The notes beneath the pieces were generated by a model. It was not told the DNA's origin. It did no database searches and saw nothing but the letters and a program-made list of their open reading frames with translations. Source: an uncultured bacterium (lineage in GTDB: Bacteria > Fidelibacterota > Marinisomatia > Marinisomatales > TCS55). From it: 48,058 bases of DNA. Positions 18,806-28,076 of the stretch are shown here, one piece after another (the first letter of the stretch is position 1; every line of letters starts with the position of its first letter). Position numbers and translations under genes: made by a program. The DNA lies in the NCBI GenBank assembly GCA_964386795.1, contig CAYLUE010000005.1:1-48058 (forward strand), written 5' to 3'.

Positions 18806-19221
18806 TGCTTAATAGGCTCTTTCTTTTTTCCATTACTCTTTCTTCAATAATTCTATGTCAAAGCCAAGAAGTGGATAGCTTAAGTCAAAAATCTCCCAAA
18901 ATTGCAGCTTTGAGATCTTTCATGTTTCCAGGTGGTGGTCAATTTTATAATGGCCAACCTGTAAAAGGATCAATATTAGCATCTACGGGAATTGCATCAG
19001 GATATCTTTATATGGATTTTTCAAAGAAATATAGTAGCTCTAACGGCTTAAGCTCTAAGATAAAGAAAGACTACCTATACCAAAGAAACCGATATGGATG
19101 GTGGGTTATCATTGTCTATATTTATGGTCTTCTAGATGCTGTAGTTGAGGCGCATTTGCATCCATTTAATAAAGTAATGAATGAAGATTTGGAAAAATCT
19201 GATCAGGAGGTATTAGAGTAA
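18805..19221 (+). CDS. DUF5683-like membrane protein
   Basis: Signal/TM segment, FPGGGQFYNGQ, then YGWWVIIVYIYGLLDAVVEAHL. The start at 18805 overlaps the ridA stop (TAATG). Confidence 0.65.
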   Translation: MLNRLFLFSITLSSIILCQSQEVDSLSQKSPKIAALRSFMFPGGGQFYNGQPVKGSILASTGIASGYLYMDFSKKYSSSNGLSSKIKKDYLYQRNRYGWWVIIVYIYGLLDAVVEAHLHPFNKVMNEDLEKSDQEVLE

Positions 19222-19223
19222 TC

Positions 19224-20597
19224 ATGAGCGGACAACGTGAAAAATGGGGATCAAAGTTAGGGTTCATACTTGCGGCAGCAGGTTCTGCGGTCGGAATTGG
19301 AAATATTTGGAAATACCCTCATATGGCAGGGCAAAATGGAGGGTCAGCGTTTACGATTGTTTATTTAATTTGCATTTTCCTTGTTGGTTTATCTATTGTT
19401 ATTGCAGAGCTTGCTATAGGACGTAAAACTCAACTTAGCCCTGTTGGTGCTTTTGAAAAATTAGCGCCAGGTTCACGATGGAAATATGTTGGATTTTTAG
19501 GAGTTGCTTCTGCTTTTGTAATATTATCATTCTATGGAGTAGTTGGTGGTTGGATATTAAAATATATTATTGATTCTGTAACGGGAGGATTCTCACAACT
19601 AGCGGGTAATCCAGATGCTTCCAGCGCTGTTTTTGGAACCTTTATTGAAAGCACGTGGTCGCCACTGCTTTATCAAATATTTTTCATGGCGCTATGTATG
19701 TGGGTAATTATTAATGGCGTTAAAGGAGGTATCGAGAAATGGTCTTCAGTCATGATGCCGTTAATTATATTATTATTAGCTGTTCTTGCCGTAAGAGGTG
19801 TAACTCTTGAAGGTGGAATGAAAGGAATCTCATTTTTATTTAACCCGAGATTTGAAGACCTTACACCATCATCAATCGTTCTAGCTTTGGGCCATTCTTT
19901 TTTTACAGTGAGCCTTGGAATGGGAACGATGATTACTTATGGAAGCTATTTAGAAAGAAAACAAAATTTATTGACCTCCGCTGTATGGATAATAGTAATT
20001 GATACATTAATTGCTCTTTTAGCTGGTATAGCAATATTTACAACCGTTTTTGCCTTAGGCGCAAACCCTGCAGAGGGACCCGGTCTCATTTTTGTTGTAC
20101 TTCCTTCAGTATTTCCACAATTAGCAGGTGGAACAATTTGGGCAACAATGTTTTTCTTCCTTCTGTTTATGGCAGCTTTAACATCAGCAATCTCAATCCT
20201 TGAGGTTCAAACAGCTTATTTGATAGATCAAAAAAATTGGTCACGTAAAAAAGCCACGCTATTATTTGGATCTATTGTTACTGTAATTGGAATGTTTTGT
20301 TCGCTATCATTAGGCGGAGGTATAAATATTACAGGAATATTTGGAGAATCCTTTTTCTTAGGAGCAACTTTTTTTGATGTTATGGATAATTTATCATCAA
20401 AGTACATGCTGCCAATTGGCGGTATGATGACTGCAGTATTTATTTTAGTAAAATGGAAAATACCCGAGTATATGAAAGAGCTCAAAACAGGTGCAGATGG
20501 ATTTAATTTGCCAGCTAACCTAATTAAGAGTGGCTTGGCTTTTGCTTCATTAGTAGTAGCGTTTATCATATTAAATGAAATCTTCCCTTTCTTTTGA
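19224..20597 (+). CDS. sodium-dependent transporter, neurotransmitter:sodium symporter (SNF/NSS) family
   Basis: REKWGSKLGFILAAAGSAVGIGNIWKYPH is the NSS TM1 signature. The protein is polytopic with about 11-12 TM segments. Confidence 0.92.
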   Translation: MSGQREKWGSKLGFILAAAGSAVGIGNIWKYPHMAGQNGGSAFTIVYLICIFLVGLSIVIAELAIGRKTQLSPVGAFEKLAPGSRWKYVGFLGVASAFVILSFYGVVGGWILKYIIDSVTGGFSQLAGNPDASSAVFGTFIESTWSPLLYQIFFMALCMWVIINGVKGGIEKWSSVMMPLIILLLAVLAVRGVTLEGGMKGISFLFNPRFEDLTPSSIVLALGHSFFTVSLGMGTMITYGSYLERKQNLLTSAVWIIVIDTLIALLAGIAIFTTVFALGANPAEGPGLIFVVLPSVFPQLAGGTIWATMFFFLLFMAALTSAISILEVQTAYLIDQKNWSRKKATLLFGSIVTVIGMFCSLSLGGGINITGIFGESFFLGATFFDVMDNLSSKYMLPIGGMMTAVFILVKWKIPEYMKELKTGADGFNLPANLIKSGLAFASLVVAFIILNEIFPFF

Positions 20598-20620
20598 TAT
20601 TCATATAAGGACCAATATAA

Positions 20621-21418
20621 TTGCTTGCTGAAAAGTACATTCCCCAAGGATCAAAAGGATATCGGTCTCTATCAAACATATTTAGTAGGTTTGATAATTT
20701 CTTTGGTCTTAATCCAGCGCGCTGGATTGGTATTTGGGCGATTGTTATTGCAGGCGATAATGTTGTTTCGCATTTCAATGATAGATGGATGTATTGGAAT
20801 TGGAAAAGTCTTTCAATCTATTTATGCATTTTATTGATCATCGCCCCATTGTTTGATTATCTTTATAATTCGAAGTATAGCGATTTGAAAAAAGTAAGAT
20901 CTGCTAGTCAGGCTGGAAAGATATTTATCTATGGATTTACGCTCTTCATCATTGGTGCGAATCCAGTTTCTTTATCTGTTGATGTAATTTATTATAGCCT
21001 ACCATATGTTACTTTCTTTTTAGTTGGACACTTGATTTGGGGTATCTCAATTAATGATGAAGATTTTAATCTAAAATCAAAGACAGATATGGCATTGCCA
21101 TTATCAATAGTCATTTTACTTTCTTTTATAGCAACTACAATTGGATTTGCAAATGATGATCCTATGATTAGCACCATAGCGGCCGTATACCTACCATTTC
21201 CTCTTGTTGCACTTTGCTTCCCTGTTGCAAAAAGACATTTACAAAGATGTCGTATATATGTTGTATTTATACCTACCATGTTTTTATCAATGCGCTATCC
21301 ATGGTTTTTGGTATTGCTTTGTCCTCTTTTTGCCCTTTTAAGGCATTATTATTATTTTACTACTGGTAAGGCGTATCCCACATTTAAAGTGGATCATTCA
21401 GATGAGCAGTTAGTATAG
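20621..21418 (+). CDS. polytopic membrane protein, hypothetical
   Basis: At least 6 hydrophobic segments and no recognised motif. The start is uncertain: TTG at 20621, with the first in-frame ATG far downstream. Confidence 0.5.
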   Translation: MLAEKYIPQGSKGYRSLSNIFSRFDNFFGLNPARWIGIWAIVIAGDNVVSHFNDRWMYWNWKSLSIYLCILLIIAPLFDYLYNSKYSDLKKVRSASQAGKIFIYGFTLFIIGANPVSLSVDVIYYSLPYVTFFLVGHLIWGISINDEDFNLKSKTDMALPLSIVILLSFIATTIGFANDDPMISTIAAVYLPFPLVALCFPVAKRHLQRCRIYVVFIPTMFLSMRYPWFLVLLCPLFALLRHYYYFTTGKAYPTFKVDHSDEQLV

Positions 21419-21432
21419 ATCAATTTATATTT

Positions 21433-24270
21433 ATGGATCGACCAGAATTACTATCCTCGTTGAAACTTGATCGGTTCATTGCATTTGATTTTGAAACAAC
21501 AGGTCTTCAAGTTGAATCCGATCGCGCCATTGAGGTTGCAGCCATTATGTTCAAAGATGGTAAGCCAGCTGATAGATACACGACATTAATTAACCCCCAA
21601 ATCCCTATATCTGACTTAATTGCTAATATCACAGGGATAACAAATGAAATGGTTGCTGATGCCCCGCTAGAAAAAGAAATCATTGATGATCTCTTTAATT
21701 TTCTAGGTGATTATCCCATCGTTGCTCATAACACACCATTTGATGTATCATTTTTACAGGCAATGGCAGAGCGACATAATAAAAAATTCATTGATAGAAT
21801 ATATTATGATACCTTAACTCTTTCTAGAGCCTTTCTTTTTTTTCAGCCTGCCCATAATCTTAGTGCAGTATCAGAGTATTATAACCTTTCATCAGAAGGG
21901 GCTCATCGCGCTGAAAAAGATACTGAAAATTGCGGAGAAGTATTTGTAGAGCTTATTCATGAAGTTGCTTCATATGACCTTAATCTAGTTTCAAATATCA
22001 TTAGCTTTTTAAGTCCATTTCAAGTTTATAATAAAGATTTATTTATTAATATCGGTAATCTATTGACTAAGAAAGGCGATCTTAAGAATGGTCTTGTATC
22101 ATCAGACTTAATCAAGCCCCAAAATAAAAATATATTTTTTCATGAGGCTAGAACAGATATATCTACTACAAATTCAAACGACGTATTTGGAGAAAATGGA
22201 TTATTAAATAAAACTTTTGAGACGTATGAGCTTAGGCCTAATCAAATCAAATTTAGTGATTATGTTGATAATATTATGTGCAGTCAGGGTGGAGTAGGTG
22301 TCGTGGAAGCAGGTACGGGACTAGGAAAAAGTATGGCCTATTTGTATCCAGCAATAAAATATTCCCATCTTAATTCTAATGATAGTCCAATCATCCTTTC
22401 TTGTTACACCAAGCATTTACAAGATCAATTATTTAAAAATGATTTACCCACCTTAACAAATGCGATCGATGTATCAATTAAAGCTGTTTTGATGAAAGGA
22501 AGAAATAATTATTTATGCAAAACTAGATTTAGATGGTTAGTCAACAGCTCAGATAAAATGCTGAATGCTGAAGAAGCTATGAATTTACTGCCCTTGCTTG
22601 TATGGCTTGAGCATACTACAACAGGTGATTTAGATGAATGCCCTGGCTTTACCAATGGATTTACCTATCGATTAATGGGGCTCATTCATAGCGAACAAGG
22701 TTTTTGTACTTCTTCAATCTGCGCCAAGCATGACGGTTGTTTTTTTGGACCATTAAGAAAAATGGCTTACCAGTCAAATCTAATTGTTGTCAATCATGCG
22801 TTATTAATTTCTGACGCACAGTCAAAATCTGATATTGACGAATCATTAGGATTTTTACCTGAGAGTCAGGCTGTAATTATTGATGAGGCGCATAATTTGA
22901 CAAAAGCAGCCTACCATCAATTAACCCTTACTTTCGATCATCGATCATTAAATTATACACTTGATCGTATTGATCCGAAGCATAATCATTCGGTTCGATG
23001 GAATAATAAATTAAGAACCATTGCAGCTGTCCATCCAAAATTTGAAATAACAAGAAATGAATTAACAAATTTTGTAGATAGCGGTAGAGATGCAATCAAA
23101 ACTTTTTTTGATAAAATGACATCTAATGCATTTCATCATTTTGATCCAGAATCTAAATACTCAACTAAAATAATTATTAATAACCTAAATGAACATTTTA
23201 CCCCGCTTGAAAAAGAATTAAATGAATTAAAAAGATCCCTTCATAGCTTAAGAAATCATATCAGGAAGCTAAGAGAAGATTTATTGGATATTGATGAGAC
23301 CAGAGAAGATTTTTTAGAGCTCCATCAACTTTTCGATAGAAGTGAAGGGTCCTTATCTGATATGTTTATTTTGGCCGAATCGATTACATCAAAACAGAAT
23401 AAAGATTATGTTTATTGGTATGAGGGTGTTTTTAGGAATATTTCTAGCACAACAAAATTGATTCTTACGGTTAATATGGCCCCAATTGAACCTGGTCGTG
23501 AGCTTGCTAATTCTTTATTTAAATCTGTTGATCATTGTATTTTGACAAGCGCAACTCTAAGAACCAGACTTTCCTTTGATTATTTTTTAAATCGCGTCGG
23601 TTTAGATTCCGTAGAATTTGATGACTTAACAACAGCTGTTTATGAAAGCCCATTTAGTTATAATGATCAAGTAACCTATTATCAGTATGCAGGTAGCGAT
23701 GGTCAGAGACCAGATATTATAGCAAAAACTATTTTACACTGCCATCAGAAATTTAAGAAAAGAATGATGGTGCTTTTTACGTCTCGCGCACAGCTTAATA
23801 ATACATTTCAGTTATTAAAACAGATGAGCCGTGGAATAGAATTGCCGATTTTTGCCCAAAAACGTCAGACTTCAAGAATGGGTTTAATCAGAGGAATGAA
23901 GCAGGTAAAAAATGGAATCCTTCTTGGAACAAATGCATTTTGGGAGGGTGTTGATTTTCCAGGAGACCTATTAGAGGTTTTGATGATAATCAAAATGCCT
24001 TTTGATGTTCCAACAGAGCCAACTGTAAAGGCCTATGGAAAAATGATCGAAGCACAGGGTGGAAATAGCTTTATGGATTATGCATTACCGGAATCCGTTA
24101 TCAGATTTCGACAAGGATTTGGACGTTTAATCAGAACAACTTATGATGAAGGAATTTTTATTGTTATGGATGATCGCATAGTTAATAAAAGATATGGAGC
24201 ATCCTTCAGTGAAAGTATTCCAGTGCAGATGCAGGTATTCAGACATATAGATGATATAAGAATGTCTTAG
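21433..24270 (+). CDS. dinG: DnaQ-like 3'-5' exonuclease fused to DinG-family (XPD-like) helicase
   Basis: N-terminal ExoI FIAFDFETTGL, ExoII VAHNTPFDVSFL and ExoIII HRAEKD. Helicase Walker A VEAGTGLGKS and DEAH box IIDEAHNL. Cys362...Cys425-x4-Cys430-x5-Cys436 lie between motifs I and II. Confidence 0.9.
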   Translation: MDRPELLSSLKLDRFIAFDFETTGLQVESDRAIEVAAIMFKDGKPADRYTTLINPQIPISDLIANITGITNEMVADAPLEKEIIDDLFNFLGDYPIVAHNTPFDVSFLQAMAERHNKKFIDRIYYDTLTLSRAFLFFQPAHNLSAVSEYYNLSSEGAHRAEKDTENCGEVFVELIHEVASYDLNLVSNIISFLSPFQVYNKDLFINIGNLLTKKGDLKNGLVSSDLIKPQNKNIFFHEARTDISTTNSNDVFGENGLLNKTFETYELRPNQIKFSDYVDNIMCSQGGVGVVEAGTGLGKSMAYLYPAIKYSHLNSNDSPIILSCYTKHLQDQLFKNDLPTLTNAIDVSIKAVLMKGRNNYLCKTRFRWLVNSSDKMLNAEEAMNLLPLLVWLEHTTTGDLDECPGFTNGFTYRLMGLIHSEQGFCTSSICAKHDGCFFGPLRKMAYQSNLIVVNHALLISDAQSKSDIDESLGFLPESQAVIIDEAHNLTKAAYHQLTLTFDHRSLNYTLDRIDPKHNHSVRWNNKLRTIAAVHPKFEITRNELTNFVDSGRDAIKTFFDKMTSNAFHHFDPESKYSTKIIINNLNEHFTPLEKELNELKRSLHSLRNHIRKLREDLLDIDETREDFLELHQLFDRSEGSLSDMFILAESITSKQNKDYVYWYEGVFRNISSTTKLILTVNMAPIEPGRELANSLFKSVDHCILTSATLRTRLSFDYFLNRVGLDSVEFDDLTTAVYESPFSYNDQVTYYQYAGSDGQRPDIIAKTILHCHQKFKKRMMVLFTSRAQLNNTFQLLKQMSRGIELPIFAQKRQTSRMGLIRGMKQVKNGILLGTNAFWEGVDFPGDLLEVLMIIKMPFDVPTEPTVKAYGKMIEAQGGNSFMDYALPESVIRFRQGFGRLIRTTYDEGIFIVMDDRIVNKRYGASFSESIPVQMQVFRHIDDIRMS

Positions 24271-26408
24271 TTGAGACCTCGCCTATCTAATAATGGCTGG
24301 ATATTTGGTTCAGAGCCTTTAAAATCAATAAATAATTGAATAGCGCCTTTGCTTCCTCCTTTAGAAAGTAAGGTATTTCTAAAGTGATCACCATTTTCCC
24401 TTTTTAATCCGCCATTAAGTTTAAACCATTCAACTGTATCTGCATCTAAAACCTCGCTCCAGATATATGAATAATAACCAGCTGAATAGCCACCTATAAT
24501 ATGAGAGAAATATGTGCTGCGATACCTAGGTGGAATAATATCAAAAGCAATACCACCATTTTTAAGTGCAGACTGTTCAAATTCGATAATATCGTCAGGG
24601 GTAGGTACTTCATCGGGAGTTAACTGATGCAATGCTTGGTCTAATATTGATGCAGATAGAGATTATGTGGTGGTAAATCCTTGATTATATTTTTGAGCAG
24701 CTAATACTTTAGCTAGTAATTCTTTTGGCATTGGCTTTCCTGTTTCATAATGAACCGCATAATTTTTTAAGACTGATGGCCAAATAGCCCACATCTCATT
24801 GACCTGCGATGGATATTCTACAAAATCTCTAGGAACAGAAGTACCTGCGAAATATGGGTAATTGACATTTGAAAACATACCATGAAGCGCATGACCAAAT
24901 TCATGAAACATAGTAATTACTTCGTCAAATGTTAGCAGCGCAGGTTCTCCTTTAGGTGGTTTAACAACATTTTGATGATTGGCTACAATTGGAAGATTAT
25001 CTTTCAGTTTAGATTGAGATATATAAGCATTCATCCATGCGCCTCCCCGCTTAGATGATCGAGCGTATCCATCATATAAGAATAAAGCTAGGGTTCTGCC
25101 ATCTTCATTGAAAACCTCAAAAACACGAACATCTTCATGGTAGACTGGTAAATCAGAACGTTCTTTAAATGATACTCCAAACAATTGATTTGCAGCGTAA
25201 AATACACCATTTTCAAGAACATTATTCATTTCAAAATAAGGTTTTAATTGTGCGGCATCAAAATTATAGCGCTTTGAACGTACTTTTTCAGTGTAATAGT
25301 CCCAATCCCATGAGGCTAATTGAAAACCTCCATTTTCCATGTCTATCATTTTCTGTAAATCAGTAGCCTCTTTTTTAGCATTAGATAGCGCTTTTGGAGC
25401 TAAGCTACTTAATCGCCGATTAACAGCATCTGGGGTTTGAGCTGTTTGACTTTCTAGGCGATAAGCAGCATGGTTTTTGTATCCCATAAGTTGAGCTTTT
25501 TCAGCTCGAAGCTTGATTACTTTAGATAAAATTTCACGATTATCAAATTCACCCCCGCGACTTCCCCTTGAAAGTGATGCCTTGTGAATCTTTTTCCTTA
25601 ACGACCTATTACTTAGTAAAGCCATTAAAGGTTGACTGCTAGTATTCTTTAAAGCGATAACATATTTTCCTTCAAGCTTACGTGATTTTGCTTCGTTAGC
25701 TGCCGCTTCGATTGCTGCATCTGAAAGCCCATCTAACTTTTGTTTTGAATCAACAATTATGGCTAAAGCGTTTACTTCTTTTAATACATTTTGACTAAAA
25801 TTTGTTTGTAAAACTGCTATTTCACCATTAATTGACTTAAGGTGTTCCTTCTCTTTAGACAATAGCTTCGCACCTGATTGAACAAAATCATTATAATATT
25901 TTTCTATAAGACGTATTCCTTCCGCTTTTAATTCTAGGCTATTTCGATTATTATTGAGAAAACTTATCCGATCAAACAATTTTTTATTTAACAAAATTTT
26001 GTCACTATGGGCAGAAAACTTAGGCGCCATTTCACTTTGTATCTTTTCCATTTCATCGTTTGTATTAGCAGACGTAAGTGCAAAAAAGACTGTGGCGACT
26101 CGATCTAATAATTCTCCAGATTGTTCCATAGCAATAATTGTATTATCAAAAGTAGGATCATCTAGATTATTTGCGATTGATTCTATTTCTCTTATGTGCT
26201 CTTCCATACCTTTATCAAATGCAGGTTTGTAGTGCGCATTTTTTATTTTATCAAATGGAGGATAATGCATATAAAGAGCGCTTTCATTAAAGAAAGGGTT
26301 TTTCATTTTAGTATATAAATCTTTATTTACTTGATCATTTGTGTTATTTGTTGACATAGAGCACCCTAGGATAGTATATAGTAATATATAAGCGTGTAAT
26401 CGATTCAT
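24267..26408 (-). pseudogene. dcp: peptidyl-dipeptidase Dcp / M3 family oligopeptidase, interrupted by one in-frame TAA (24663-24665)
   Basis: The two track ORFs (24663-26408 and 24267-24632) are in the same frame. Reading through gives ...QKYNQGFTTT*SLSASILDQALHQLTPDE.... The upstream part carries HEFGH and the EYPSQ zinc-ligand Glu. The downstream part carries the PRYRSTYFSHI..GGYSAGYYSYIW M3 C-terminal core. The N-terminus is lipoprotein/signal-like (ILGCS). Confidence 0.7.
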
Positions 26409-26543
26409 TTATATTTCGCCTTTTATGTTTGAATTGCATAAAAAAATTATTACTAAATTTTTTATTTATGCTATATAATAAATTAATTTAATGAGCTTTT
26501 AACACAATTTGTTTATTGTTAATAAAAAGAACTAAATTAACCA

Positions 26544-28076
26544 ATGGTAGCACAAATTATTTCAGATAAATTCATTACTTGGCATGAATTAGAGCATCTA
26601 ATTGTTTCACCAAAACCTGTTCGTCTTTCTCAGGCTTCAAAAAAACTGATAAAAAATTCAAACGACACTTTATCAGAAATTATAAAATCAGGAAAAAAGA
26701 TTTACGGTGTGAATACTGGCTTTGGCAAACTAAGCTCAGTATCTATCGATAAAAAAGATATCAAAGAATTACAATTAAATTTAGTTCGCTCACATGCAGC
26801 AGGCGTTGGTAAGCCTTTTGATTCTGGAATTACTAGATTGGTAATGTTTTTAAAATTACTTACCTGGACTAGAGGATTTAGCGGGGTAAGTCCAAAATTA
26901 TCAACCCTTTTACTTAATATGCTTAACCATGATATCTTACCTATAATTCCAAGACAGGGATCTGTTGGTGCATCCGGTGATTTAGCGCCCTTATCTCATC
27001 TAGCCTGCTCTTTGATTGGTGAGGGAGGTGTTCATTTTCAAGATCGAATTATGCCAAGTGTTATTGCTCTTAAAGAAACCAATTTGAATCCAATTGATTT
27101 AGGGGCAAAAGAAGGTCTAAGCTTAATAAATGGCACACAAGTATCTACGGCTATTGCAATCAAAGCGCTACACGAAGCGCAAAAATTGCTTTTTTCAGCT
27201 GATATAATTTCAGCATTAACTGTTGAGGCAAGTCTATCAAGTAGAGATGTATTTAAGCCTGCAATACACAAGCTTAAGAAACACAAAGGACAGATGGTTT
27301 CCGCTACTAACGTATTCAAATTATTAAAGAATAGCGAAATAGTAGCTTCACACAAAAACTGTGATAAGATACAAGACCCTTATTGCGTGAGATGTATTCC
27401 GCACGTTCATGGTGCGAGTTGGGAAATATTTTCTAGCTCAGAAAAAATAGTAAATAATGAAATTAATTCAGTCTCAGATAATCCCTTAATTTTTCCTAAT
27501 GGCGATGTGCACAATTCAGGACATTTCCATGCAGAGCCGATAGCGCAAGCCTTAGACTGTTTATCCATTGCCATGTCAGAAATTGGTGCAATTTCTGAAA
27601 GAAGAGTGCACTATCTTATGAAGGGGGCTGATAGCAACCTTCCCATGTTTGGAGCTGTTAAAAGTGGACTTGAATCAGGATTTATGTTAGCGCATGTTAC
27701 AGCAGCTTCTCTTGCATCGGAAAATAAAACCCTTGCGCACCCATCTAGCGTTGATTCTATATCAACTTCAGCTGGACAAGAAGACATTGTAAGCATGGCT
27801 CCTTGGGCAGGCAGATCATGCTTAAGAATCTTAGATAATGTTCGTACAATTTTAGCAATAGAACTTTTAGTTGCAGCTAACTTTAATCATAGATTTCATT
27901 CTAATTTTAATTCTGGCCATGCATTAAAGCCGTTAATGGCTTTAATGAAAAATTCTAAAGTATTGTCCAAAAAGGATAGAGTTTTTTCTAAAGATATAGA
28001 AACAGTGAGCAATCTAATAAAAACTGACCAGGTTTATTCTGTAGTTAATAAAGTTAATAAAGTAAGTAGAGTATAA
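26544..28076 (+). CDS. hutH: histidine ammonia-lyase
   Basis: Has the MIO-forming GSVGASGDLAPLSHL. The selectivity dipeptide is Ser-His (LVRSHAAGVG), as in HAL rather than TAL or PAL. Confidence 0.92.
   Translation: MVAQIISDKFITWHELEHLIVSPKPVRLSQASKKLIKNSNDTLSEIIKSGKKIYGVNTGFGKLSSVSIDKKDIKELQLNLVRSHAAGVGKPFDSGITRLVMFLKLLTWTRGFSGVSPKLSTLLLNMLNHDILPIIPRQGSVGASGDLAPLSHLACSLIGEGGVHFQDRIMPSVIALKETNLNPIDLGAKEGLSLINGTQVSTAIAIKALHEAQKLLFSADIISALTVEASLSSRDVFKPAIHKLKKHKGQMVSATNVFKLLKNSEIVASHKNCDKIQDPYCVRCIPHVHGASWEIFSSSEKIVNNEINSVSDNPLIFPNGDVHNSGHFHAEPIAQALDCLSIAMSEIGAISERRVHYLMKGADSNLPMFGAVKSGLESGFMLAHVTAASLASENKTLAHPSSVDSISTSAGQEDIVSMAPWAGRSCLRILDNVRTILAIELLVAANFNHRFHSNFNSGHALKPLMALMKNSKVLSKKDRVFSKDIETVSNLIKTDQVYSVVNKVNKVSRV

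Noticed and set aside
20228-20647. A 139-aa antisense ORF inside the NSS transporter gene. Similar shadow ORFs occur at 3421-3783, 28888-29199, 27038-27355, 42598-42906, 17130-17402 and 20992-21279, plus same-strand out-of-frame ones such as 6747-6974, 8273-8479 and 45752-46009.
   Set aside because: Each lies wholly within a gene that has strong family motifs on the other strand or frame. Their translations are low-complexity with no motifs. They are typical shadow ORFs.
24663-24665. The in-frame TAA in dcp as evidence of stop-codon reassignment.
   Set aside because: TAA clearly terminates many well-recognised genes here at their expected lengths (e.g. ispG, alaS, hutH, uvrB, asnS, nadE), so genome-wide recoding is not credible.
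26409-26543. 135-bp AT-rich divergent region between dcp and hutH as a possible riboswitch or sRNA.
   Set aside because: The sequence is almost pure A/T with no stable helices visible. It is more simply a pair of divergent promoters.
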